A stretch of DNA of 64,000 nucleotides from Lama guanicoe (taxonomy: Eukaryota): positions 1,826,307 through 1,890,306 of the forward strand of contig MU055864.1 of assembly GCA_013239625.1 (NCBI GenBank). The letters run 5' to 3'. Shown here piece by piece: positions 25,909-39,158 of this stretch. The position numbers were made by a program, and so were the translations under genes. The notes beneath the pieces are model-generated. The model searched no databases and was not told the origin of the DNA. It was given only the letters and a program-made list of their open reading frames with translations. Within the stretch, counting starts at the first letter, position 1, and the number at the start of each line of letters is the position of its first letter.

Positions 25909-26222
25909 CAGTTGTCCCTTGGTATCTATAGGAAACTNNNNNNNNNNNNNNNNNNNNNNNNNNNNNNNNNNNNNNNNNNNNNNNNNNNNNNNNNNNNNNN
26001 NNNNNNNNNNNNNNNNNNNNNNNNNNNNNNNNNNNNNNNNNNNNNNNNNNNNNNNNNNNNNNNNNNNNNNNNNNNNNNNNNNNNNNNNNNNNNNNNNNNN
26101 NNNNNNNNNNNNNNNCAAGTTTTGCTTTTTGGAAATCTCTGAAAAATTAAAAAAAAAAAAAAACTTCCATCCTCGGATGATTGAGTCCATGGATGCAGAA
26201 ACTGTGGAAACAGGACTGATGA
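25909..26222 (+). mobile_element. MER2/MER2B Tigger MITE spanning the gap
   Basis: Left end cagttgtcccttggtatct; right part caagttttgctttttggaa...ttgagtccatggatgcagaaactgtgga. Total length including the gap is about 310 bp, which fits this element. Confidence 0.82.
25938..26115. other. Assembly gap (178 N)
   Basis: Run of N. Confidence 1.
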
Positions 26223-26244
26223 TACATATCAGAGATCACCTTGT

Positions 26245-26690
26245 CTAATTAACTTATTTTATAGAAGAGGAAATTGAGAACTGGAAAATTTATGACATGC
26301 TAAAGTTACAGCTTAAACTGTGAAATAACTGGGACTAAAATCCAAGTTATCCTGACAACCACTCTGCCAGATTCCCTGCACATGACAAAAACGTTATCCG
26401 TTCTTGGATGTGTGTGTGTGCAGTGGCAGGGGACTGGGGGTGACCGTGTAATTTTAAACTGATATTCAAAAGCACGTAAAGTTTTGAGTGTCCACAAGTC
26501 GTCAAAAGAGAAAATTTCACTTGATCTTTATGATCACCATGATATACAGGTGAAGAGGCATGATTATTTCCCCAGTTAGAGACACGCCTAAATGTCTAAC
26601 TGGCTTACCCAAGGCCACACGACTGTTTTGTGCAGGGCACAGTACTGAAGTCGAGCCCTCTAACTCCGTTTTCAGATATTTTATGCCTGA
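26245..26690 (-). mobile_element. Two MIR fragments (~26245-26365 and ~26540-26690)
   Basis: ttttatagaagaggaaattgaga...gttacagct and aactggcttacccaaggccacac cores. Confidence 0.65.
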
Positions 26691-27389
26691 ACTTTTTTTC
26701 AAGAGAAGAAGATAAGGAATCATATTGTACTTTTTTAGCTGGGAGAGAACTTTCCTATAATCCTCTAGTCATGATCAGATCAAAGTCACTACTAAATTGA
26801 TCGTCATTTCTTCCGTCTTCTCATGCAAGTCTTTCAATATCGCTTTCTCGTATTTATTCTTACCTTGCTCGCTGAAAACCTAAAACTGGAGCTGATGACA
26901 GTCATTTAAAAATTTCCCCATATTCAACATTCAGAACAGAAATTTTTTTGGTTTTGAGTTAAAATATTTATTAAATAGTCTCAAATCATCCCTCCAATAT
27001 AAACTACCCATCGTGGCACGTCTCCACTTTTGTCAGAATTCAAGAGAGAAAATGGCAGCCTGGGTACCACTGAGTGATGAGTCAGACGGCTTTCTCTAAT
27101 CCAGTAAGTAAACTGCTGTATTTCAGTAGTTAACACATTCTCTTTTTAGAATATAATCCGCTTAATTTAAAATTGATTTGAGAGGAAAAAATTTGATTCA
27201 TTTTTCTAAATTTAAAATCCCCATTCAATAAAAATTTGGCATATAACTCTAAATTGTGTCCAAAATAACTCACAAGGTAGAACCTAGCTGCAGAATCTGG
27301 AGTACAGGAGAAGATAAATGGAAACCTACAGGGAAGAATGTATCCTGGAAGACAAAACAAGCTATATTCTCAAGAAGTTCAGCTTCACC

Positions 27390-27620
27390 GTTAGCAGTAT
27401 AAGCTCTGCATAGGAGTCTTTGGGTTTACATTCCAGCTCTGTCAGTTACTAGACACATGAGCTTGGGCAATTTCTTAAACTGCCTTAATGTCCTCATCTG
27501 TGAAATGGGACTGTTCTCTGAATGTGATTATTTTGAGCAAAAGCAAATTAATTCAAGCCAGAGCCTTATAGATACACTGACAAATAGGATGTACTTAATA
27601 GTTGTTAGTTATTATTATTT
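27390..27620 (+). mobile_element. MIR SINE
   Basis: ccagctctgtcagttactag...ttgggcaatttcttaaac...tcctcatctgtgaaatggg...tagttattattatt. Confidence 0.85.
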
Positions 27621-30600
27621 TGTGAGGATGTTGCACCCACCCTGGGAAGAAAACCATTAATTAAAACAATGGTTGTGAACAAATCGATTAAAGTCACAAA
27701 AACACAGACCAGAAGAAAAAGTCACAGGATTCATGGATTCTCCAACGTCCATACAAGAAGTGTACATGAATCCTGACCTAAAGCTATAAACTCAGTAACT
27801 GTTGGTGAATGAAGGGCAGACGTGGCTGAAATTAGTGTGAATCATGGTGCCCCAGAACTTTCAAACCGAAGACTTGGTGGTGGCCACAGAGGATGGCGTC
27901 CGGCCAGAACAGTCTCTCTGACTCATTATGTCTTTTCAGTAGAGACAAAACAAAGTACTAGGGCAAAGAAAACATTCGATTACTGTTGCTTCTTAAATTA
28001 GCTGGATTCTAATATGTGTTTTGTTTTGCTCCAAATGATGCTTCTCTATGTATTGTATGAAACTCTGTACATGTTTCTAGCTATGAATTTATCAATAAAT
28101 GTTATTTTTAAATAAATTACTTAAAAGTATCTTACCAAAACTGTGTATTTCCAAATATTGAGAAACATATCTAGGGAGATCTTTTGAATTTATTGCTTCC
28201 AAGTAAGAGGATATTTTTAGTTGTCAGAGGCTGCAAGGTGACTTGAATATTTAAAATTTTATCTATGAGAGGATGTGTCTCCAGGTTCTATCCTACATAC
28301 AGTATTCTGATACAGTGGTCCTTCAACAAGACAACAGAACACCCTAATTCTAGAATTTAGAAGATTATTTTGATAATATTTTAGAGAGAAAGAAATTGAA
28401 TGTAAGACTTATGGAAATTTTAAAATAACCACTTATACACTCAAATGGAAAACTCAGAACATAAGGAGAGAGAAAAGACTGGAAAACGCACAGAAGTATT
28501 CCTGAACTCCACATGCCGAGACACCTAAGTTTGATCGCATTCAAAGATTCTACTCTCTACTAGCTGGGACAGTATGTCCTTCTAAGACAAATGAACCAAA
28601 CTTGTCTTTTAGTAATAAAGTGTATATACTTTTTATGCTTTACTGCAGGTCATCAAAGGAAATGCAAATGCTTTTTTACTAAATTATCAAACAATGGTAA
28701 AGGTTTCTTAATTTCAAGGATAAAAGTTTAGGGTTATGGACAGTGGCATTTATTCAACAGTCAAGTCAAGAAGACAGGTTAATATCTGAATACTGAAGAC
28801 AACAAATGAATCAAAGTTCAGCCATACAACCCACATAATAATTTTCAAATTGAGTAAATACTAGTGAGTAGAGATAAAAAGGATCAGAGGTAAAAACAAG
28901 CAGGCTTCAAAAGACAAGAGTATCTTCAGGAAAGAGGCCCATGAAATGAGAAGGTTAATGCTTTGGTTTTCGTACGCTGCGTCTGTTCACATGCGCATAT
29001 TTCCACCACAGTTGTTTTCAAGTCAGATGGTTGTATCTAGCATTGTGGAGACGTGCATCTAAGTAATCTGAGATATTTGATTACACTGACAAGTGGCCAC
29101 ACTGACCAGTGTATTGGTTGGGTCAGTCCCTTACTCAGTGAAGCTTAGAGGTCAGGGGTGGGGGGAGGTCTTGGGGAGGGACAAGGTAGTCGGAGTAGGC
29201 AGTCTGCGTGCAAGATCACATTGTGCACAATGACCCAGGTGGTCAATGTGGGGCTGAGCAGTGATAGAAGATGATGAAGGCTGGGGTTCCAAGTTAGGTG
29301 CAGTAAACTATCATGCTGTTCATTGAAGGTCTCCAGTCCTACATTAACTGTCAATGTCTCAAATTCTACTTACAAATTACTGTCAGGATTTTGTTGGCTG
29401 GCAATTCTCTAGAGTATCCAGCAGCCTCAGAAGACACTGGGTTTGTACACTTAATAACTGTCTCCTCCAAACCCCTAGTGATCAGATTTTCTCATCCAAA
29501 GAGACAGTTAGCAAACATATCTTCCCAGGCAGCCTCTGTTTGGCGTTTATTTCCTTGGTTGATACCTGATCTAGGATGAACACTGTGAAATGTGCCTTTA
29601 AAAGCAAAGACAAGAGCTGCTTTTTCAAGGTAGATTTAGCTTGAGATACCATATTAAAACAGGAATAATTTAGGATGCAAATAAATGCACCCTAATGCAA
29701 CGCTGAACACAACAACCTGGATGCTGATTACTTAACAATCTGAGTTACCCCTGCAGACTGCCAAGCTCCCCCTCAGTTACTTGCATTTCTAAATGTTGAA
29801 AGTTACTTGAAGGTACCTATTTTTCACAGCTTTGGGAAACTATCTTAAGAAAAGGCCTATAAATTTGTATTATTCTGAATAACACAAAAAGTGTTCAGCA
29901 ATACTGAAAACATTTTACAGAAGCATTTCATGGGAATCTGACAAAGATTTGTAATGCACAAAGCAATACATGCAGTCAGAGTATCATGTAACCATTCAAC
30001 AGAGAACAAAGAAATCCAAAATAATGCCTGGAGCTTTGAAAAGAGAAATGGATATAATGATTAATGCTCTGTAAAACTTGGGGGACATTTCTCAGCAAGA
30101 ATGATATATCCACCCCCCATTATTATGATTTCTTTTTTTTTTTATGGCACTTTACATGGTAACACCCAGGCTCTTAGTCTAAATGCAGCCCTTTGGCTGT
30201 ATTCTGACAGTCTATTTGTGTTCTGATTTCATGAATAATAAATGACTGAATGTGAAGAATTATATAGCTTTCCTCATGCAAAAAGTTTTAAAGTAAAATA
30301 CATTTTAGCATAAATGCTACTAAATGTTTAAAAATAATTCAAAGGAATAGAATTTGACAAGGTGGGCTATTATTTTTCTCCCCCCTCTCATTCCAAAGAT
30401 GCGTGGCATAAGAGAAGGAGCAAAGGAGTCAGAAACCCAGAACCCATTCTCCAGCTGGCTTTGGAAACATCTCCACAAAAATGATGATGGTTTGACTAGA
30501 TCTCTTGGGTCTTTCTCGAATCCTCGCCGTCTGCATGTAGAGAAATGCCAGGTGGCTATGTGTGCAGGGTAAACTTGCCTTACCTATTAGGTGTTCATGA

Positions 30601-32852
30601 AGAACCAAGAAATTGTTAAAAATGACTAGCAAATAGAGTCAAACTGTGTATTACGGCTTCTCCTGGAATTGTGCTGAAGAGCTGAAGGCACACTGAAGCC
30701 CAGAGCTGAAGGAAGGTTTGGGTTGGGACACACAGTCCTCAGGACCAGCACATCAACCCGGGATCAGTCCTTCAAAATGGAAATACTGGACTCCAGTCCT
30801 TAACTCCACCAGGACAAGATTCAACAGCCTTCTTTTAAATGTCTCACTTTCTCTTCTTACTGACATGTTGACACGACTTACCCAGTTCCACAGAAAGTCT
30901 CAATTTATGTCCCTAGGTGATACGAGGCGTGTGCCTCTGCTCGGCCACCCAAGGTGGGGACTTGCGTAGGACAGTGAGTCTACTGTGGTTGGCAATCATA
31001 AAAGAAAAATATCAACTAGTTCCTCCAGGTCAAGTTCTGATGATGGTTTCTATCCCACTTTGAAATAAATTAATAGTAAAATAAACTTACATCGCAAATT
31101 TCTTTCAAAAAGAAATGACAGAGGCTGGAAGAGGAAAAGACAAAGGAAAAAGGCCTGTCAGGCTGCCACTCTTAATTAGGCATGGAATGTGGTATGTGAA
31201 ACGTGTCAGGAGCAAGTTTAATATATGACTGTCTAGTATGATAGAAAAAAAATGAGCAACAGTCATTTCTGATATCTTACCCTACCTCCATCTGAGCTTT
31301 CATACACCAAGCAAATTACAGAAATATTGCCACTTGCTATGTCTCTAAAGACCACAACACTCTCCTGGCTTGCTCCAGGGGAACCAGGCTATAAAGACCA
31401 TAAAAGGAAGCTACTGGATAGATTTGGAGCTGCATGAATACACTCACAACAGCTGCTGGGTTAATTTGGCAGGAACTATAATCCTCAGACTGGCAGACCC
31501 TCAACATTCCCTCTGATTGGCCAGGAGACCTTAAAGTATTTCAGCCTTGGTGAATAAATCAGCAGCTCTTTTCTAGTATAGGGTCATTCCTGCAGCCAGG
31601 GGCTAGGTGCCCTCCGGTATCACGGATCAGTGCTTCATCTTGATGTCTGTGGCTTGCGTATGGCTCCACCACCACCCCAGCTGGCCTCAGCCTTCAGTAA
31701 ACTCTTTGGCACACGTAAGTCCTGCTCCAATTCATCCAAGAAACTTTTCTACATGAAGGTGTGAATTATTCTCCTACTTAAATCAATGTCTAAGACATTT
31801 TCAACCCGATAAATGTAAAAACTGTTTCTATGTGTCTCTACAGAACTACAGTTCAGAGTTGTAGTCAGAAGTTAAAAAAAGGAAGTCCATAGTCAAAAGT
31901 ATGTTTAAAAAAGTTTCACTCTGTACCTGTCCCTCAGAGAGGCCCAACTTACCATAACGTATTAGATGCACTGAGTTGTACAGTAAGTTGTTCAACTCTC
32001 TTTAATCCAATATTCCTCAAACATTTGATCAACCATCCTCTCTTCATTTAATTATTAACCTTGCAAAAAAAAAATCAATGGTCTACTGAAGACAATTTGG
32101 GAAAACACTATTCTAATGTAAAATACATTACTTCAAGTATTATTTATAGAGGAATGAAAGTTAAAAATTGTTTCCTGTAACCACTTTAGGAAACAACTTT
32201 TTTTTTTGGTACATTATGCATAAAGTTCATTTAAAGGGGCAAAGTGATTACCGTGAACTTTTCTATTTGACGCAGTCTTAGGAAGGGACAGCTCTGTATT
32301 TTATACACAAATGTAAGTTGTGGATGATGAATACAGAATACAGAAGAGCGAGCGCTCCAAGGATAAACTCCACCAAGTTACTAGGATCCCTAAGTCTCCT
32401 CCGTCCTCAAACTTGATTGGTTTGACACCTGAGATATTTGTGCTTGAAGACTACTGACGGGTGCAGGAAGCTTAATTATTTACAAAACATCATCCAAGCA
32501 TCTCACTGGGCAGTAGAAAACTCTCTGATGCACCACGTAAGGTGCTGCAACTTCTGGTTTAAACACGCCTGCAGACATTTTTCTGTGTCTCCATCCCCTC
32601 CTTATGGCCGCCATGGAAGCTAGATCCATTTGCAGGCAAATGCTTGTTGCCAGCTGAGGTGTCCTCCTTGTCTGCCAGCACCACCCAGCTCTCCTCTATT
32701 TCAGCAGGTCTCAGGCCTTCTTCTTCATCTCTCCTTCTGCCCCTGTGCCCTGCTTTTTCTGTTGTTGAAACGTGAATCAGATCATGACACGGCAGGGTGA
32801 TGCCCTCCAGTGCCTGCCCATATCAACCACCATGGTCTTTACCAGTCTACAA

Positions 32853-33215
32853 GGTGATTAAGAGTCTTAACGTTCCCCGAGCTTGACTCTAGGTCCCCGC
32901 TCATCCTGACCCTTATTACAGAATCCAGATGGCCTAACCACAGAGGTCCTCCCTCTCCCTTTTCTTAGAGCATGTCCTTTGCCCCCTTTTAGAAGTTAGT
33001 CTTTTAAGAGCCCTGTTGCCAGTTCTACCACCCAAGAATGACCCGAGAGCCAACCCCCTGGAACGTGAACATCAAGGAAGACAGTGCCCCATCTCCCAGT
33101 GTCTGTGGGAGGGAAGGCGCCTCACCTCCCTGGATGCCTACCTCCCACCATAAAGATATGAGCAAGTTTACTTCTCCTTTGGGTAAGGCCAGTTCTTCCT
33201 GTTGATTTCCTTGAT
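32853..33215 (+). mobile_element. ERV1 LTR fragment (MER31/MER67-like), inserted within an L2 relic (~32650-33405)
   Basis: ccccgagcttgactctagg...cccttttcttagagcat...ttgccagttctaccacccaagaatg...catcaaggaagacagtgccccatctcccagtgtctgtgggaggg; flanks carry L2 3' motifs. Confidence 0.75.
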
Positions 33216-35519
33216 AGGAACTTATTACCAACTTATTAAACATTTTACTTATTTGTTGTGCTTATATCTTTAGACTCCTTCTACAGATTATAAGCTCTTT
33301 GCAGACCTGAAGTCCTGCATGCTTGTTTGCAGCTGTATCCTTAATGTCTTGGACCAAGCCTTTATATGGCTAACGTTTAAGAAATACTCTTCGAATTAAT
33401 GTATAAAGAAAGGCAGAAAGGTGTATATATTCTTTTCTCTGGTCGTCATTGTCAATAAAGTAAACATGGATGGACTGAGGTGGGGTTTAAAGAGATAAGG
33501 GGAGAGGGAAAAGGGCACAGATAACGTTAACTTGTCTTTCTAATCAGGAGGGAACAGCGGAACTAGGTGTTATCTGACGTCAAGTGCGTTAGAGGCAACT
33601 TTAACGTGAATCTTAATATAGGTTGATGTTCACTTTGTCTAGAAATATCGGTGTGGGGACCACATTTCCCTGCTCCGTATCTGAGAATTCATTTAGGTCT
33701 ATCCATGAAAACTCTAAACCTTTTAGTGACTTTATTTTCATAGAGATAGTATTTATGAATTAAAGTTTTGAAAAAAAATTAAATATGTTTTGAAACAACT
33801 AGACATAAATCTATGAATGTTTTCTCATAGAGTTGCAAAATTTTACGTAACTATTGAGTCCTGGGCCTGACCCAAAGAAAGCACATAAAAATGGAAATTA
33901 ATAGTGCCGCTACTCCTGACATAGAAAAATTGTTAAACGATTTGCATCTTTTCTGAAGCAATTAAGATATCTGCTTAAAAAAATACTTCTTAAGTCTTGA
34001 ATACTTTTTCCTATTTGCAGGATTTGAACTTACACAAATGAGCATGTTCATTTGACCTTAAACTTATGAAACAAAGATAAATATTTATTATCAGTAACAG
34101 ACATAATGAGTCTGATTCAGGGTTGACTGGGTATAGATGGGGCCTCATTATGTGTATGACCTACTGTGAAATTTATTCTTAAAAGCAGAAATCTCAACCA
34201 AGGCAATTAAAGGTGAGTCACCTTTATGAGAAACACTACCTGAGAGCTTGATCAAGCCACAGATTTTATTTCCCTGACAAATTATAAAACAAACTGACTC
34301 TTTGGCTATAAAACATGCTCCTCTTAGGATTTTGACTCATGAAGATGTAATAAAACCACTCCAACTTGTGACCTTAAAATGAATTCTAATTTGGTCTTGA
34401 CACTAATAAAGAGTTTACTGCATTCTTGGGTCACCTACTCACACTGCTTTATAGCCTTTTAAATGGCGTTTGGGGCATTTACCTATGTGAAAACGACACA
34501 GAAAATGCTAGAAAAAATGGAAGAAAACTAGTTTTCTTATCTTCTCTAGAGCTGCCTTGTAAGTTGGTCTAAAATGTTTTTCAGCCTTCAGCATATTTTA
34601 ATAATGACTTAAAAAGCACTACTTAAAAAAATAAAAATTTACAGGTGATACACAGTAGAGTGGGATGTACAGAGGCTTCAAAATAGCACTGACCTTCAAA
34701 AAAGGTGAGAAAAGCAGACTGGAGGGAAAAGGACCGTACTGAATAGATTATAACCCCTGCAGCATAAAGTACAAGAATGCACAAAACCATTATTTTATAC
34801 ATTCAAGTTGGGAAGAGACTGGCTCTAATACATAAGCTGAAGTGATTCAAAAGCCAGGATTCATTATCAATTCAATAGCAAATAAAAATGGCGTAAGAGG
34901 AAAACAAAACAAAACTGAGGAATCAGTTAATTAATTTAAAAATATGACCCCTAAAAAGAATCAGAAAGTACTTCTCTCATGAAATTCATCCCTGGCTAAG
35001 CTTTCGTTTGGTGAATTGCACATGGCAGGGATCCAATGGGATGGCCAAGTGATTAACAGGAGAGTTTTCATACGTCCCTGATTTTCTATCTGGGTTAGAT
35101 TACCAACGGATAAAACATGAAACACAATCCTGCTGCTGGCATTTGTTACAAAAGCGGCTACAAAAGCTTGCTATGTTTTAAACATATATTAGGCAGTTGT
35201 CTTTCTCCACTGATGGAAGACAGAAGTAAAAATTATAAAGATTTACTGAATCTTTTGGCACCACGAGAGGGTGATGATGACTGGTGACGGTGATGATGAA
35301 ATAGCTTTCAACTAAGGATAGATTCAGAAAAGGGAGAGAGAATTTCAGGGGCCAGTAAATAAAGCCAATTCATTTCTAAACTGCTTTTAGATTTATTAAA
35401 CATGAGAACGCCCCAAACAATGAAATGGCATTGGCCTCTTAGTCTACATCAAACATGGATAGTAGAGGTAGCTGTCTGAGCCAGAAAGCGCTGGTAGTTA
35501 CCATTCACAACAGGCTTAC

Positions 35520-35900
35520 TTTCTGCCGTGTGCTTTACATCTATGATGCCTGTTTTTTTTTTTTTTAACAGCACTAAAAATTATTCCTTTTTGCAGATAA
35601 AAACACTAAATCTAAAATATATGTGATACAGCAACCAGGAGTGGAATTCCCGGATTCACATCCTGGCTCTAACTCCTACAAATTACGGGCATCACAGCCT
35701 CTCTGTGCCTTCATCCCATTACCTCTAAAACTGGAACTACTTACTATGAGTTTTGTGAGAATTATTAGGAGATTAAAATGAATTCATAGCGTAGAGCCCA
35801 GTGCTGGAAACACGAGTCTTCGATAAGTATTAGCAACCATCATGAGGGGGATTTAATATTTTGCCTCGAGTCACAGAGCTAATAATTGGCTGAATGGGTT
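35520..35900. mobile_element. Plus-strand MIR (~35625-35845) nested in a minus-strand MIR
   Basis: The antisense MIR (cctttttgcagataaaaacactaa | tttgcctcgagtcacagagctaat) is split by a sense MIR (catcctggctctaac...cctctctgtgcctt...gagattaaaatga...gataagtattagc). Confidence 0.6.
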
Positions 35901-37779
35901 CATCTGTTTCTACTGCTCTACTTTCACAGAAGATGAAAACCTTTTCCCGGAAAAATGATTATGCGCACGATGAGCCAATATTATCCAGACAATACAGATG
36001 TTCCACAAATTTAGACCTAAGTTGAATTTTACTTTAGTTATGTTTTATAGATTTTATCACCTATTCCATACACTGGAAAACTTCCCTAATACAATACATG
36101 GAGTGTTCACAGTAATTATCACAGTGTATAAATAAAGTGCTGTGGAAAGAGGTCGATGGCATTGCCAGTGCAAACGGATTTATTTCACTTTCATGATTCA
36201 GGAGCGGTAGTGGTGGACGGGAGTGATTATTTTTTTCTCTTCCCAGTTGGGTACACATCTACAAATTCTTATCTTCCTAAAATTCTCAAGTGAGAGCGGG
36301 TCTCGAGGTCAGGGAGTTTTTTTGTTTGTTTGTATACTTGTACCCCTTGAATAATAATAATAGTTGTTGCACTGACCAGTTGTTCAGATCTCTGAAGTTC
36401 AATTTTCTTTGCGTCATCCTGCAATTTCCATGCAATGCCTGCAAGTTCTTTATCTAAGGAGCCATGGTGACCTGCATTAAACCTAATTTGCTGGTTACAT
36501 CTGCCTCACTATTTATAAACAAATTCAGAGTGATTTAGTGAACCACAGCCATGTTGTTAGAAGTAGTACGCTTAAAAGACAGAAAAACATAGCCTGAAGC
36601 AAATGGTAACAGGGCACTTAAACACAAACCCCTCTTGCTTATTTCATAGCATTTCTAGTGACACACGAAAGAAAAATGCTTTCGGCTGCAGACATTAAGA
36701 GGCAGCTTTGTGATATAGTCTGCCCAAGAAATTAGTTATCAAAACAAATAAATCCTGCAGATGTCAGTGTGCTGTGCTTCCATAATACAAAGCTTGAATT
36801 CACAGCAGACAAAGGTTATCAAACTGTGGACTAAGATATAATTCTTTAGTCTCTATTTTCCCTTCTTACAGAGCTGGAAAATGTCATAAAAGTAAGGCAA
36901 GGGGTTTATAAACTAATAAGAATGCGCATGCCTGGAAAACACAATAAACAGAAAGGATTCATTTAAAAAATTAAATGGGATTTCTTATGAGACATTTCTT
37001 AGCACAGCAGCAGGCACAGTGGGTGTTACATGTTTCTGACACTTAACCCGTGGAAAAGTGAAAAATTCAAAAGGGAAATTAACACAATGTCTGTTACTGT
37101 ACGTAAGAGTATTTGCCAAGTCATGACATTAAAATAACGTATTTCTTCGTAAAGCTCAAATCCTCCCAAGAAGGCAGCACAAAAAGTATTAAAGGATGAA
37201 CTTTTAATTATATTATTTAAAATATATTTTAAGGTCATTTTTCTCTATTTCAAACCACATGATTGGCAACAACTTCTATTTTGTGGGACATGGCTATGGG
37301 CAAGGCACCATCTTTTATTATTGAGGAATTAACTTTATCCCATGAGGAAAATTCTAACAACTGAAGTTCACATCTTTCGTTAAAAGTGTTTTTACACATT
37401 CTAACCTCAGGTCAGTACTTCTTATTTTTTTTCCAGTTTATCCCACGGAGTTCTCAATCCCAGCGCTCTCTGAACTCCACCAAGACCACTGAGCTGCTGT
37501 TGATCCTAACATATTTTCGAGCTCAACCACCCCTTGCGGTCCTCACACCCATTTCTCATCCAGCTTAAACTCTACCGTCAACCATTACCATCACTCCCAG
37601 GCACCCGAAGTCCACTTCCTAGACTCTCCCCCTTGCTTTTCTATTCGTGTGAGAAAAGACAGAAAAATTTATACATTCCTAACCACTGTGAACAGTTTAG
37701 AAGGAAAAAGAGAAGGACACCAAGTCCAAAATATTAGTAATGAGAAGAGAACGTGTGTACAAATGAAAGAAAATTAGAA

Positions 37780-38000
37780 TAATAACTTCTATAGTAATAG
37801 GAGCTAAGACTGTTGAGAACTTACTAAGCCCCAGCCATCCTGCTAAGTAATTAACAGTTTTAGTACCTTCTATAACTGTCCTTTCACAGATGACAAGGCC
37901 AAGGTTTATAGAAGGGAAGTCACCTTCTCTCAAACACACCACTAGAGAGTAGGGAGCCATCCTTTGAACCCAGGCAGTCAATGACAGAGGCTGCGGTCTT
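37780..38000 (-). mobile_element. MIR SINE
   Basis: ttcacagatgacaaggccaagg...tttgaacccaggcagtc. Confidence 0.8.
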
Positions 38001-38009
38001 GCCCTGTCA

Positions 38010-38145
38010 GATGTAAAGAAATCTGAAAATCAGGATAAAATGGACAATGCTCCAGGAGAATAAAATTACCAGAATGCAAGCAGATGGACGTAGAAAGCCT
38101 CCTTGGCCATGAAGACTGTAAACAAAGAGATGAGGTCTCAAAAGC
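38010..38145 (+). mobile_element. L1 ORF2 small fragment
   Basis: tgaaaatcaggataaaatggacaatgctccaggagaataaaattacca resembles ENLDEMDKFLEKYNLP. Confidence 0.55.
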
Positions 38146-38399
38146 AACACGAAAATAGTATTTCATTTGCTATTTAAACTGTTGGAGAGCTTAAAAACAG
38201 GAGTTCTTGGACATTCTTTTTATGAACACTGTCAATATCCTGATGTCAAATCCTGTCTAGGAAAGTACTAGCAATTCACAGGCCTGTCTCAACTGTGACT
38301 ATAGCTGTAAAAATCCTATGTGATACAGAAAATTGAATTTAAGTCTATTAATAATAATGTTTCAATACAGTCGACCGGGATCGACTCTTGAAATAGAAG

Positions 38400-38590
38400 G
38401 ATGATAATATTCACGATCATTTGTCAGATGCTTAACATGTGCCAGGCACTGCTCTTCTGATACTAAATCTTTACTGCAAACCCATGAGGTGAAATTGTTA
38501 CTGGTCCCTTTTACAAGAGAAGGAATCAGGGCGCACGGAGGGGCTGAACTCAGACAGTGTGGCTCCAGAGTATGTTCTTGACCCTGGCTT
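38400..38590 (-). mobile_element. MIR SINE
   Basis: atgtgccaggcactgctct...cccatgaggtg...ccttttacaagagaaggaatcaggg...gtggctccagag. Confidence 0.8.
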
Positions 38591-38999
38591 TGCAGGGAAT
38601 ACATTAACACAGTTCATCCCACTAATTGTTTAAGGGAAAAGAACCATGTAATTATACCGCCAACTCTGAGTGAATTGACAGGTTTTAAGAAATTGACTTA
38701 TCCATCAGAAACACAGCATGGAATAACCCTCTACGGATATAAAATGGGTGAATTAGGGTCATATGTACCAAAGATGTTCACAAGTAAGATGAGGAGGAAG
38801 AACGGAAACTTTCCAAAGAAAAGAGAGTATGATATATATTTATATGTATTTTAAAAATATGTACAATAATGAAACATGATTTCTAGAAATAACATATAGT
38901 AAAACCGTAACTCAGAAATGTTTAGTAAATAAAACATGCAAGCCATTTTCATAACATTTTAGGGATTATACAATTGTAACAAAAGCACACATCACTTAT

Positions 39000-39158
39000 T
39001 TATACTGCACAAAAATACCAGTCATTGGATTTAGGGCCAACCCCAATTGACAATGAGCTGACCTCATCTTGATTTGACTGCATATGCAAACACCCTATTT
39101 CCAGGATTGGGACTCGAACATATCTCTTTGGGGGACACAATTCAATTCAATTTATCAC
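39000..39158 (-). mobile_element. MLT1 (MaLR) LTR 5' part
   Basis: accagtcattggatttagggcc...gacctcatctt...gcaaacaccctatttcca...tttgggggacacaattcaa. Confidence 0.8.

Noticed and set aside
26774-26878. Minus-strand terminal-exon-like frame VFSEQGKNKYEKAILKDLHEKTEEMTINLVVTLI*
   Set aside because: Weak acceptor, phase 0 (intron 3 is phase 1), and no protein recognised.
27725-27775. Inverted repeat caggattcatg...catgaatcctg
   Set aside because: The stem does not extend to pre-miRNA length, and I recognise no known miRNA here.
34550-34558. 9-nt microexon-like signal ttttcttatcttctctag|AGCTGCCTT|gtaagt on the plus strand
   Set aside because: It is antisense to DOK6 and no plus-strand host gene is evident; it is compatible with chance.
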